In this document: piece after piece, positions 35,398 through 47,700 of the stretch
Position numbering within the stretch: the stretch's first letter is position 1
How the letters are laid out: every line of letters begins with the position of its first letter
NCBI GenBank assembly: GCA_026025795.1
Contig: JAPEUG010000031.1
Location: forward strand, 1-64,000
Direction of reading: 5' to 3'
DNA length: 64,000 nucleotides
DNA from: Thelocarpon superellum
Lineage: Eukaryota
The notes under the pieces: model-generated
The model's database searches: none
Seen by the model: the letters and a program-made list of their open reading frames with translations, nothing else
What the model was told of the DNA's origin: nothing
Program-made: the position numbers and the translations under genes

Positions 35398-35939
35398 CTT
35401 GGTGGCAGGGACAGATGCAGATGAAGATGCATCAGTAGGTGCAAGTGGTTGGGTGAGATGATGTTGGTGGCCTGGCTCTAACATGACCCGACGAGCTAGG
35501 AAGCGAAAAGGATCCCAACATGATCGAAGCACGCAACCTCGATCGGAGCAGCGCTCACGACGGACTTGTCCAGACCTTCCAACTAGATCGCTAGAAGCGC
35601 GCAAGCAAAGACACTCGATGCACCCCTCTCCAAAAGCCATCGTCGCCATCCGGTCATGATTGAGCTGTAAGAAAGGCGGGGCCACCCACTTTCCCAGATA
35701 GGAACGAACCAAACAACGTCTTGTGTCTCATGATACCCGAACCGAGGAGCGCCGCCGATTTTGAAGGATCGACGCGATCAGCACGGCTGTTGCATCCACC
35801 ACACATGAGTCACGAGCGACGGTGACGCTTTCTACGAGAGGGAGCAAAGTGGGCGAGAGGCCGGGGATGAAATCATCTCCAGAAGTCAGACGGAGCGTGG
35901 GCGAGAGACGAGCAGCACGCCGCCAGAGGAACTGGAACC

Positions 35940-36917
35940 ATGCCTCCAGAACGCAAGCGCCCCCACCATCCAGCACCGCAGCACCTTCGTTCCACCTTCG
36001 ACCCGTACAATTCCTCGTCAACAGGTCACCAGCGGGCTGACAATCCGCTGGCTCGATCAACTGGGTGGCGGAATAGCCGTACCGCGAAACTTGCGCACCA
36101 GCTCCGGGGAGGCTATGCCGGCGGTCGACGCGTGGCGGACGCGGTCGGCGCTGGGTCGCCTGATCCAGTCCAGCGGGGGGGCTGGAAGAGCGTGGCGGAC
36201 ATGCTGAGGCCTGGCACGAGAAAACCTGGGGTGAGTGATGGCGAACAGGTCAAGGATGAGACGACGACGACGACGAACGACGGCATGGAACATCATGGCG
36301 AGGGCCAGAAGGACGTCAGGGAAGACGTGACGAAGAAGCTCTTCGATGGCCTATGCTTTTACATAAACGGATCCACAGCACCTTGGATATCAGACCATCG
36401 TCTGAAACAACTCATTGCCGAGCATGGTGGGCGGGTCAACATCATGTTGGGACGTCGAAGCGTGACCCACGTCGTCCTGGGCTCCACGAGGACTCCGCAG
36501 TCCGTTCCATCATCATCTTCATCATCCTCTTCCTCTTCCTCTGTCTCCTTGTCCTCTCGGTCTTCATCTACGTTCTATCCTAGGCCTCCTGAGATCGGCG
36601 GTGGCCTAGCCGCCACCAAGATTGAACAAGAGATCCGCCGGGTCGGTGGGTGTGGGGTCAAGTACGTCGGTGTACAATGGTGAGCATTGCCTTCCTGCAT
36701 GGCAAAAACGCCCGTTGGAGGAAGAAGTCTAAGGGTGCTCGTGGATAGGGTTCTACAGAGTGTCGAGGCCGGGAAACTCGTCGCCGAGGCCTCCTTCTTG
36801 GACCAGAGACTCATGCAGAGTGCTCAGAGGAGCGTGTATGACATGTTCAAGAGATCCGACCGGCATGAGTCCGGCACGGGCCGGGACTGTGGGGACGACG
36901 AGATGAAAAGACGATGA
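35940..36917 (+). CDS. Small BRCT-domain protein (Rev1-type BRCT). Intron 36680-36748
   Basis: LFDGLCFYING..SDHRLKQLIAEHGG...VTHVVL...KYVGVQWVLQSVEAGK. N-terminal FDPYNSSSTGHQRA motif. Poly-Ser insertion inside the domain. Confidence 0.85.
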
Positions 36918-37107
36918 CTTGACGAATGATCGCGCACACGACGGATTGGATGAGGCCATGCATTGAGACGGACATCAGGGCTCGCGCCCACTTCCCGACT
37001 ACCAAGCGAAGAGATTACATTAGGAACAGGAAACAATCTATGTCCTTGAAACAAGAACAAGAAGAGTAGTCGGAAAAGACCAAAAACAGAAAGTTGACAA
37101 GTTGGCC

Positions 37108-38916
37108 TCAAACAAGAGAGAAGATGATGGGGATATCCCCGTGTTCCTCGTCGGCAGATCCCACTCCCTCTCCCTCTTCCTCTCGGCCTCGTCCTCCGTT
37201 GTGTTTCCCATCTTCATCTTCACCGTCATCGTCACCGTCATCGTCATCCCCACTATCGACCTCGGCCTCGCTGTACGAGATCTTCCTACCACCGCTCGCG
37301 CACGCCATCTTCCCAGCCCCACCACTTCCATCACCATCGATGGGACTGTCCGCATCACAATCCGAGTCAGCAAGGTCGTCCCGCCGGAAGTCATGCACCA
37401 TAGCCTGCTTCACTCCAACCTGGGCCCAGCGGACGCCCAGTGTCCTCAGACCATCCCACTCGAACCTAGCCTGTTCCGCGGCCGCAATGGCAGGGAGGGG
37501 AGCCGTTCCCGCTCCCGGTTCGGCTCGCATCTCCTCTTCTCCGTCCTCGCCTTCTTCGCCGGCTCCCGCACGTTTCTTCTCACCATACAGATCCCCCAGC
37601 CTCTCATCACCGGGGAGAATGACCCCGCCCTGCACGCGAACACGATGCAGCAGTCTCGCGCGCTCGGCAAACAGCCGTCGCACGTGGCCGATCTCCACGT
37701 CGGTGTTGGAGAAGGAGACGCGACGGAGGACATTCCAGCGGATGGGCGGGGCGCTGAATCGTTGCGACGTGCCGGCAGAGGGGCCCGGCTCGTCGAGGAA
37801 GAGCACGCAGGGGCCGCGTCGTCCTACCCATGTCCAGCAGAGATGGACCAGGCTGGCACTCAGACTTTGCAGGTGGTCGTGGATAACGCATCGAGCGACG
37901 TGGGGATGGAGACTGGGCTGATAGAGTGAGGTGGTAGTGCCGCTGCTGCTGGACGAGAAGTCGGCGGTGAGGAGGGGAAGCAGGGACGACGAGGGGTTCA
38001 TGCACCAGATCTGCAAGGTATGCATGCGTGTCCATACCCGACCTGCCATCCAGTCTGCGGTCGTGTCCCCATCACCTCCACTTGCATCATCATCCTCGTT
38101 CCCATCTGCATTTCCATCCCCGTTGCTCCATGCTCTACCAACTGCTCTCCCCCCGGTAGGCAACGCTGCAGGGCCCCCGTACGCCGTCCCCCCCGCCCAG
38201 CGCAGATGCAGCAAGCCGAGCACATGCACAGGATGCAGCACGAGGGTCGTGAAGAGTGGCGGCGCCACGCGTTCCAGCGCCAACCGCAGCGCCACCAGTG
38301 TGGCCTCGACGGGTGAGAGGCGCGCCGGACCCGGCAAGCCCGGGATGGAGACCGTGATGCTCCGCAGATTCGGAAGGAGGCGAAGGACGCGGATCCAGTA
38401 CTGGGGGGTGGTTGGCATCAAGGACTGGGACGCAGTAGGCGCGTGGTGAAGCTGCCTCGGTCGAAGCTGAAGCGGTGGAGACCGCTCCCCGCCGCCAGTG
38501 TGACCAGTGGGATCGGCATCTCCGTGCGAAAGACGCAGCACCAAAGCGTGACACCACGGCCCCACCGCCTCCAAGCCACGCAAGAGCGGCAGATCAACCT
38601 TGTAGCGCTGCAGCACAGGCAGCAGGATCAGGGTGGCGAAGACGAGGACGCAGCATTGCTGGTGCACCCAGGTGGCGAGCGTACGGCTGGTGAGGCGCAG
38701 CGAGAGCAGGTCGGCGGGTCCAGGGAGGAAGGAGAGCAGGATTTGGCTTGGCCGAGCTTGGGTCTTGAGTAGGGCTTCGAGGGGGCTTGGACCCGGCTTT
38801 CGTGGAGCAAGACGCCGTGGAGGCTGCTGTCGTATCGGGAGCTCCCGCGGAGTCGGTTGCCAAGGGGCAAGCTGTCGTGGGGTCAGCTTTCGTGGTGCCG
38901 GCTGCCCGGGGGCCAT
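37108..38916 (-). CDS. Hypothetical 602-aa protein with N-terminal pentapeptide repeats, F-box-like motif, LRR-like segments and acidic tail
   Basis: Long single ATG ORF. ILLSFLPGPADLLSLRLTSRTL is F-box-like, and LLPNLRSITVS is LRR-like. Confidence 0.7.
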   Translation of the reverse strand: MAPGQPAPRKLTPRQLAPWQPTPRELPIRQQPPRRLAPRKPGPSPLEALLKTQARPSQILLSFLPGPADLLSLRLTSRTLATWVHQQCCVLVFATLILLPVLQRYKVDLPLLRGLEAVGPWCHALVLRLSHGDADPTGHTGGGERSPPLQLRPRQLHHAPTASQSLMPTTPQYWIRVLRLLPNLRSITVSIPGLPGPARLSPVEATLVALRLALERVAPPLFTTLVLHPVHVLGLLHLRWAGGTAYGGPAALPTGGRAVGRAWSNGDGNADGNEDDDASGGDGDTTADWMAGRVWTRMHTLQIWCMNPSSSLLPLLTADFSSSSSGTTTSLYQPSLHPHVARCVIHDHLQSLSASLVHLCWTWVGRRGPCVLFLDEPGPSAGTSQRFSAPPIRWNVLRRVSFSNTDVEIGHVRRLFAERARLLHRVRVQGGVILPGDERLGDLYGEKKRAGAGEEGEDGEEEMRAEPGAGTAPLPAIAAAEQARFEWDGLRTLGVRWAQVGVKQAMVHDFRRDDLADSDCDADSPIDGDGSGGAGKMACASGGRKISYSEAEVDSGDDDDGDDDGEDEDGKHNGGRGREEEGEGVGSADEEHGDIPIIFSLV

Positions 38917-39295
38917 GGCTGCTGTTTCCTTGAGCAGGTGTTGAGTGGATGGACGATAAGAGGTACGGAGGTAGTGAGACTCGTTCGAGGGTGCTGAGTG
39001 GTTTGGGATTCATGACCTGTGATGAGTGAAGCAAAATGGGTGAAGAAATGGATGGTGACCACTGAACGGTTCACATGCGGGTCACCAGATAGGTAGAGTG
39101 ATTCCGTTCCATTCTATTCCGATGGAATCTCTAGAAATGCAGCGCTTGGAAATCACATGTCCATCTGCGCACCGGCTCATCGTCTCATCGCTCGTCACTC
39201 GTCGCTCATCGCTCATCGCTCATCTGCGCGTGGTCTGCACACAAGAGCACCTGAACGTTCACGTCAAGATGGACCCTCGACGAACCACAACGTGC

Positions 39296-42200
39296 CTAGG
39301 CCTGCTCGGCAAACGCCTCGGAGAAAATCTTCTGCCACAGTCCGAGCCATTTGCCTTGTTGAATCGTCAGCGGCTTGCCCGGGCTGCGGAAGGTTTTGAC
39401 CATGATGTCGCGAAGTCGCGTCCGCAGCATCTTGATCGCGAGCATGATCTTCCAGTCGGTGACGGAGAAGCGGAGACGATGACCATCGAGAATGATCACA
39501 CCAGCATACATCTATGGTGCGAGGTATTAGCCTCGACGGGACGTGGCCACGAAGACACGGAGAGACGGACCTTGAATTCCGCATCACCACAGAGCAGGGC
39601 CACGGCGAACGCTTCCACGGCACTGGTCTCGTGGGCGTTGTAGAAGCTTTCCGATCGTTAGTTGAGGTCAAGTTGAGCCGGGAGCAGCCTACCGATTGCT
39701 GGACTGCATGATGTGATAGTACGAGAGCCACTTGACCGCACCCGATCCCTTGTTGACCGACGACGGATGCACGCTGACGGCCTGATTGTTGGCCACGTTC
39801 CGCCAGCCTTTGCCGTCGCGGGCCAGAAGTTTCGGATAAAAGCTCCAAGCGATGACCGAGTTGACAATCTGGTGGTGTTGGCTGTTGACGTTGATCCACT
39901 CCGGCACGATGAAGAACTGCCGCTGTCGCGAGGCTCGCACCTTCGCCAGGTCAGCCCGCTCCACTTCCGTCAGAGAAAAGAAGCCGGCGTCGAGCACTGC
40001 GACCAGCAGCTGCTCTTTCAGATCCTCAATGCTCGACAAGGTCTGCTGGTTAAGAAAGTTGCGTTTGCAGAATTGGAACTCCGACGTTCTCGCCGTCAGA
40101 CACACCCGTCGCCAGGAACAGTACGCGTTCCATGCCGTCAGCAAGTCCGAGTCTCCTGGTCTTTCGTCAGTCGCTCCAGCTCGGACCAGAGGCGTCCACG
40201 CACCTTTCTTGTATCCCAAGCGAGTCTGATGCGCATGCGAGCGGGCGCCCATAGGTGTGCTGAACGGCGACTTGGAGGAGAGGACGGCGGCAATGGTCAA
40301 GGCCACGTCGACACACTTGAAGATGGTCCCCAGGAGGACCAATTTGCCGAGGTGCACATCCAAGGGGAGCTTGGCGAGCTGCGCGCCAAGAGGTGTCAAG
40401 TCCTCTCCCGCGGTCAAGGCTTTGACATCGACGAGGGCGTCGATGGCCCGGCGGATATTCTTGGCCGACGGAGGGTCTAGCGCGTCCGAGAGCGTCTCCT
40501 CAATGTGGCCCAGCTTACAGATTTTGACCCGGAGCACCAGGTCCTGCAGAGACAGTCGAAGCATTTCCGGCGACTGCTGCTCCGCCATCTGTGGCACGGT
40601 CAGCAGCCTGGTCATCGCGTCTCATGGTGGGAACAGCCCACCTGGCTGTCATGACGAGCCCTCGTGAAGAGATGAAAGCAAAGACCTTCTTGCACCCGGC
40701 CCGCGCGACCGCGTCGCTGTTTCGCGTTGGCCCGCGAGATGAAGGACTCGATCAATCTCGAGAGCTGCCGCCGCTCATCAAATCTGGATCAGCACGTCAG
40801 CATGGAGTCCTTTGCACCTGGGAAGTAGCACTGCCGTCATACCGCATCTCTTTATGTCGTCCAGTGTCAATCACACACGTGACATCGGGAATCGTGATCC
40901 CCGTTTCCGCAATGTTCGTGGCTAAGACAATCTTACGGATCCCGGGCGGAGGCACCAAGAAGGCTTGCTCCTGCTCGTCGCTGGCAATGGTCGAGTGCAG
41001 CGGATACACGTACCAGCCCGTGATGAATGCAGGATGGCCCAACAGCATCTCATTCAGCCGGCGGATCTCCGCCATCCCGGGAAGGAAGACGAGGATGGCG
41101 GAGCTGTACTGACAAAGGCTCTCATCCCGGGCAACTTTCTCAATCAGGGCCGTGACTAGGTCGTAATCGATGCGATATTCATCCATCTGGGACAGCGCGA
41201 GCCGAGTGTCTTCGCTGTAGCGGGTCAAATCTTTGACCGAGCGAGTGGCCCCCACGGTGCCCTGGCCATCCTGCCCAATCTCTTCCTCTGCGTCATCGGC
41301 GTCAGCCATGCGTTCCTCTCGGAGTCCTCCTCCATTCGCCGCATAACCCGTCAGTTCAACGGCATCTTCCAGAAACCTAGTCTCGACGGCAAAGGTGCGT
41401 CCGGGAACATTCAGGATGGGTGCTTGGTCGAGATATGTGGAGAAGCGTTGTGCATCCACGGTGGCCGACATGAGAATGACCCTGTCCCAGTGAGCAGCGG
41501 TCTATCAGACGATCACAGGTGCACCGCACTTTAACTCTGGTCGTCGGAGCATGAGTTTCCGCACGACGATGAGCAGAAAGTCACTATCGATGCTGCGCTC
41601 GTGCACCTCATCCAATACCAGATGCGTGACTTCGGCCAGGTCAGGCATTCGCTCCAGCATGCGTAAAACGATCCCCTGATCTCCACCGTCAGCGTCTTCG
41701 ACGCATCTTTGGCCCGAAGGGAGCCTCACCGTCGTGGCAAAAACGAGGCGCGTGTCGTGAGACACGTTCGATTCCAGCCGGATGGCGTAACCGACCATGG
41801 ATCGAGGCGTACCCAGGTCATTCCGGCGCTCGCCCAGCTCTTCGCTCACACGTCGCGCCAAGGAGATGGCCGAGATCCGACGCGGCTGTCCACATGTTCA
41901 GCATACCCGGGGCACATTTGGTGGGGTATCTCACCTCTGTGCAATACACCTTGCACGACCGACCCGACGAGAGCTCGTGCTCCAAGATAAAGGAGGGCAC
42001 TTGGGTGCTCTTGCCACTGTCACACCCCACGTTGTCAGCCGCAATCAGCCGAGATCGCCTTTGCAGCTTTACCATCCCGTTTCACCACAAATGATGATGA
42101 CTTGATGATCGCGCAAGGCGGAGAGGACGTGTTCTTTAAAGGACCACATGGGTAGTGCACGTCGCGCATGCTACACGACGTTAGTACATTCATCGGATCC

Positions 42201-44330
42201 ATCTTGCATCGGACATTCTTGCCAGCATCCTTTGGTAGGCCGGCGTGCCGCTCTTCTGTGCCCAGAGCGATTGCATTAACTCCGACGTCAGCTGGACCGA
42301 GCTTGCCGGTGCCTCAGGGTCTTGTGCTGTATCGGTCTGGCCTTTTGCTCCCAAGAGTGCAGAGCGGCGTCGAAAGCCATTGGTCAAGACCACGCCTTCG
42401 GCTTCGTCACGGTCACGCTTCTGACGCACCATGGCCCGCAAGCGCTCCAGCAGCGTGCGATCTTCACGATCGGCCTGCTCTTTCTTGAGGAAAAGAAATT
42501 CGGACCAGACGTCCCGCCAGACGGAGGGCAGCCGGAGATAGACCTTCTCCTCCTTGGGTGAGGAGGAGAAGAGGAGAAAGAGGGCGACGGTGGAGATGAA
42601 AGCCTCTGACTGGAGCTTGTCAGGGGTAGAGAGAGTCGTCATGGCCACGGTCATAGTGCGCGCAGTTGACGAGAGAGAGATCGAAGGGATCAGCGATGAG
42701 ACAACTGGCTGATCCCGAGACCAGGTTAGGACAAGACGGTGGCGGTGGGAAAATGCGGAAGAGGAAATCTCTTGATATTGCACGCGGACCTTGGGGTCAC
42801 GCGCACGGCACACATCCTCCAGAGCGCGGCGAGGACTCATCCCGGCGGACTTGCCAAAGTCACGGATCGCCACCCTCATCCCATCGGAATCGGTGGCGAC
42901 GACGCTCATCGCACCGGTTGTGGAATCAGTCTGGACGTCGGGCAAGCTCGTAAAGAGATCGCCTAAGACGAGATCGTCGTCCCCGTCAGACGGGTCCGAT
43001 TCGTCCGCCACGGCGCTGGCCGCACTGTCATTCAAATTTGTGGGAGCCACGGGCTCAACGGAGGCATTCAATCCCATTTTTCGTCGGTCTGCGTTCTCTT
43101 TCTGAAGCTCAACCATCTTTTCACGCCATTGTCGGTCGGCTTCTGCCCGATCAAACAAAATATCAGACTCGATCCTCTGCAATTTCCTTTGAAGCGTGGC
43201 CGTCTCCGGCGATGCTTGACTGCTCTGTTGTTGAACGGCTGTCATAGGTCCCGGGGGCGGCTGGCGCTTTCCGGATGGGACGGACAGGAGGTCAGGCTGC
43301 AGGTTGTGTAAGCGCAACTTGGTCGAAAGATAGCTCGAGACCAGTTCCTCTGGCTCGAGATCGCTTTCGTCATCACTCGCCACCTGAGCCGGAGTGACGG
43401 AGGTCGGAAGAGACGTCGAGGGGCGTGGCCCCAAATACCTGCCCATGTTGTCGGTGGACAGGTCCACATGTGGTTCGTCACTGACCACCGTCCTTGGGGT
43501 GGAGGTGCCCGATGAGCTTGGCGTCTCCAACGATGACCCTGCCTTTGAATGAACCGTGTCACATGGCCATAGCGGCTGTTGCACGCTGGGTGGGGTGAGC
43601 GCTTACGGAGTGGCAGTGCTCGGCGTTCCTCGTAGTCAGGAAGATCGTCTCGATCGAGGTGGAGCGCCAGCCAATCTAAGGCATCCTGAAGGCCCCAGGG
43701 GGCATCTTTGGTGGCTTGGGAGCCCGTGGTGACCAGGTGGCTCAGCACGTCCTCGACCTTGTCCTCCTGAAAGTCGAGCTCGAGCAAGATCTGCCTCAGC
43801 GCCCACAGCTGCACGGTCATCTCTTCCTCGGAAGACTTCCGAGCACCCGCAAGCTGGTCCGCGTTAGAAGAGGCACCGCTGCTCTTCGAATCGAGGCGAA
43901 TCAGGTCCAGAAGACCATTGAGCACCGCCGGAGGAAGCCAGGCACGAGTAGAGAGTGGCTCTGCCTGGCCACGGAGAACGCGACGATCCGTCCGCAGTCG
44001 GGCGGACTGGCGGGCCACGTCTCTCCGCACTGACTGGCCATGTTTTTCGACCCATTGTTGCAGCTCGGCCTGCTCTAATTGCTGCTCAAATTCCTCCGGG
44101 CTGAGGGTCGGCAGCTCGGTCTCGGCGGTTGACGGGTTCGACAGCACTCTTGCTGCCTTGGCGAGCTCTGCCGGGGCCGCTTCCAGGTCGGTCTTCGACG
44201 GGACGACATCCGTGGGATCCTGCCTCTCCTCTGCCCGTTCTTCTAGAGCTTTCTTTGAGACCAGGGAGATGGTGGCGAAGCCCCGTGCAGGATTGGCCAG
44301 AGGCTTCTTCTTTCTTTTGTTCGGCGCCAT
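39296..44330 (-). CDS. DEAH/RHA-family ATP-dependent RNA helicase, DHX29-like, about 11 introns
   Basis: Spliced motifs [56 protein letters not shown], followed by HA2/OB-like regions. N-terminal ANPARGFAT. Confidence 0.93.
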
Positions 44331-44788
44331 TTGGCGACGCAGGGCCGTGGGTTCCCGTTATTTTATCATCTTGTCTTCCAGGCCAAGAGGTTGCACGGCG
44401 AAAGTGGACTGCAGGAGCACACTATCAGTTTGGGGATATCGAAGACGCAGCTCGTCACCAAGTCCACAGAGATGGTGGGGTGGTACTGTGTTGTAGGTTC
44501 AGCCTAGCAGCTAAACTCGGAATCAACACCGACGCCAAATCCAACCAGCCGAATCACCAAAATAAAATAAAGTCGGACGTGGATGGCATTGGGACCGCCA
44601 GTAGCTAGTCCCACCAATAATTTCCACGCGTGGTGAGTCACGGTCGGGACATGCTCGGTCTGTGGGATGGTCGACTAGCCGTTGGAATCCCCTGGTGCAC
44701 CTGATCGCCCCCCGTGTCGCGGGACCGAGAGAAGCAAAGGCCGCGGCGCTGAAGCTCCGGCTGAAGCTCCGGTGCAGCTTCCGAGACG

Positions 44789-47700
44789 ATGGGCAGCCAG
44801 GGAGCGTCGACGGAACTCGGGGTCCACGGGGTCAAGGGTCTTCAATTGCAAAGCATCTCCGCCCAGCTGGCTTCCAGCTCGACCAATCGACGGACGGCCG
44901 AGCTCGTCTGTCTGCGAGAGACACTTGCCAATGATGGTGAGTTCAATGGTCCACTGTTGACCACCACCGCCGAAAGATCGCTGACGGCCACAGATGTGGA
45001 GCTCTCCCCCGAGACGGTGGCCCGCTTACTGCTCATCTTGTTCCAGACCTACGCCTACTACCAGGATCGACCGTCACGACGAGCGGTCCAACAAGTACTC
45101 CTGACCCTCTGTGCCCATGACGCCGCCCACAGTCACGTTCCCTTTCTCCTCGACCACTTGAAGAGCGAGGCCGCCAAGCCAGGTCTGGCGCCCAGCAATG
45201 CGTTTGTCTTGGTGGAATGGTGCGCCTTGCTGCTGCTGCAGTGCAGCCAGGCGCCCAAGCTGTGGCAACAATGCGGCCGCGACATCCTCCAGGCCCACGC
45301 CCAAGTGTTGGAGCTGTGCCTGGCCACCAGCAAACGACGCAGCGTCAAGCAAGCCGCCCTGGTCGTGACCCGTCGGGCGCTACGGAAGATCTTCCTCGCC
45401 GAAGAGACGGGTCCCAGTGCCGTCGGCCACACGGTGAAGCTGTTGACCACCGACACCTGCCTGCGCCCCGCTTCCAGGTATGCCGTGCTGCTCGGCGTCG
45501 TGGCCGGCGTCGGCGCCCGTCTCACCTCCACGCAGCCCCTCGTAGCCGCGTGCAAGAAGGACGTCTATGCCTTCTACCTTCGTGAAGTGGTGGGCTCGCG
45601 GACCCTTGTCCCACCCCACATCGCCCGTGCCCTGCATGACTTCTTCGCCGCGTATGCCACCCTCGACGACCTGCGAACGGAGGTTGTGCCAGCGCTGGAG
45701 AAGGCGCTACTCCGGGCGCCAGAGTTAGTCTTACCGGACATCATCGTGGCCCTGATCCAGGCCGTGCCCACCGCCCTTGATCTATCCGATGTGGTGCAAG
45801 GGAGACTGTTGAAGCCACTGCTATCTAACGTGAAATCCACCAATGCCACGATCCGTGCCGGTGCGCTCCGGACCTTTGAGGCGGCCATGCCGCGTTGCCA
45901 CGACGAGGCACGTCTCGACGCCCTAGCCATGGAGATCCTAGAGCCGCTGAGGATGTCCAAATTATCTCACGCCGAGCAGCGAGTGGTGCACGCCGAGATG
46001 CTCCGGGTCGTCCCCCCCACCACGAAGGTGGCGTCCAAGATTGCGCAGGGCGTGTCGGCTGTGGCGAGCAAGGAACCCAACGAGTCCGTCCTCAGCGCCG
46101 AGTCTGCGACGATTGTCACCCACCTATGTTATGGCGTGCAGAAGGGCCAGGACGTGGACAAAGCCATCCAAGATGCCTTGACCCGGGGTCTCGCCGACAA
46201 GAAGGTCCCCGTGCGCCGCATCTGGGCCGTGAGCATCGGAGAGCTCTTCTGGCAATGCGACGACCCAGTGATGAAGAGCCCTCCCGTGCTCGCTTTGGTG
46301 AAGCTCGTCCTTCCCAAGTTGGAGATGGCCTCGACGGAGGTCATCGCCAATCCGCTGCACGCCCTCCAGAGCGGATTACTCACCGCCGCCTACGTCATGA
46401 CGGCCCTCGGTCCAGCCCGATTCCTCCGGTCGGACGATGCGGCCGTGGTGGAGCAAGTGTCGAAGACCCAGATCTCCCGCCACGCCCTGACCCTTGATCC
46501 CAAGCCCTCCTTCCTCCTCAACCATCGGGTCTACACTAAGCTTCATGCCCCTGACCAGTGGACTTGGTTCCTGCGGGCCCTCATGGCCCTCGTCAGTGAG
46601 GTTTCCGCGACCACTGTCGCCCGGCCAGTGTCCGACGCTTGGGCCCAGGCAGTGCTGTATTTGATCGCCAGCACGACGGTCAGCCATGCGATTCGTCGGG
46701 ATACCCTTCACGCCCTCACCGTGGCCTACCTCCAGCATCCCGCACGTATTGGCGCCACCATGGTGGCGGGTCTCTGGCAGTGGTGGCGTTCGGTCGAGCA
46801 TGGGGACAAGGACACGGCCGCAGCCGCAGCGAAGACGAACAACGACCGCCTCTATCTCGTCGTGCGCGCGATCGCGGTGACACCGGGTGAGGCCGCCCAG
46901 CAGGGACGCCACATCGAACAGACGATTGTGGAGGGCCAATTGGCCGACATGCTCGTGCTATGCCGGCCCGAACTCCTGCCGCGAGTGCATTGGATCGAGA
47001 CGTGTCAAAGGGCCGGCGTGGATCCGGGACAGCTCGCTCGCAGTCGATCCTCACTATTGCTGGACCAGATCGTCGCCGTCACCGAGATTGCGGAGGACGG
47101 CGCTTCTCCCTTGCCATCGCTCTGCCAGGCCGCGTACAACGCCGCCGCCGAACTCGCCTTCGTCGCTCCCGATGTCATGACGGACTTGATCGTGCGTCAG
47201 CTCGAACAGGATCTGGACCCCGCACAACTCGAGGGCGTCGGTCCGTTAGAAGCAGCCATCTATCGTACCCCGGCGGGTACGGCCTGTGTCGATGTCCTTG
47301 CCAAGCATGTTGTCCATGTCCCAGATCGGAACGTCAAGGACTACGATACCTTGCGCTGGGAAGAGGAGCTGCGGGCGCAACTCGCCAGCAAGAAGGGACA
47401 GACCAAGAAGCTCACGGCGGACGAGCAGAGCCGGGTCAACGCACAGCTGGTCAAGGAGGCCGACATTCGGCAACGTCTGGCCGCCGTCCAGCTCCGCCTG
47501 GCCCGCGGCACGGGTCTCATCTTTAGTCTAGCGACCGGCCCACCGACCGAGGCCGAGCGTTGGTTGGGTCCGGCTGTTCACCTCCTCATTGAAGCAACGC
47601 TTGCGGGGGCGAGCCTGCTGACGGGTCTCGCGCCGACCGAGGCCTACCTCGCCATGGCTCAACAGGTCAGTGCTCGCCTGGGCACCGTCCGTCGCTCCCT

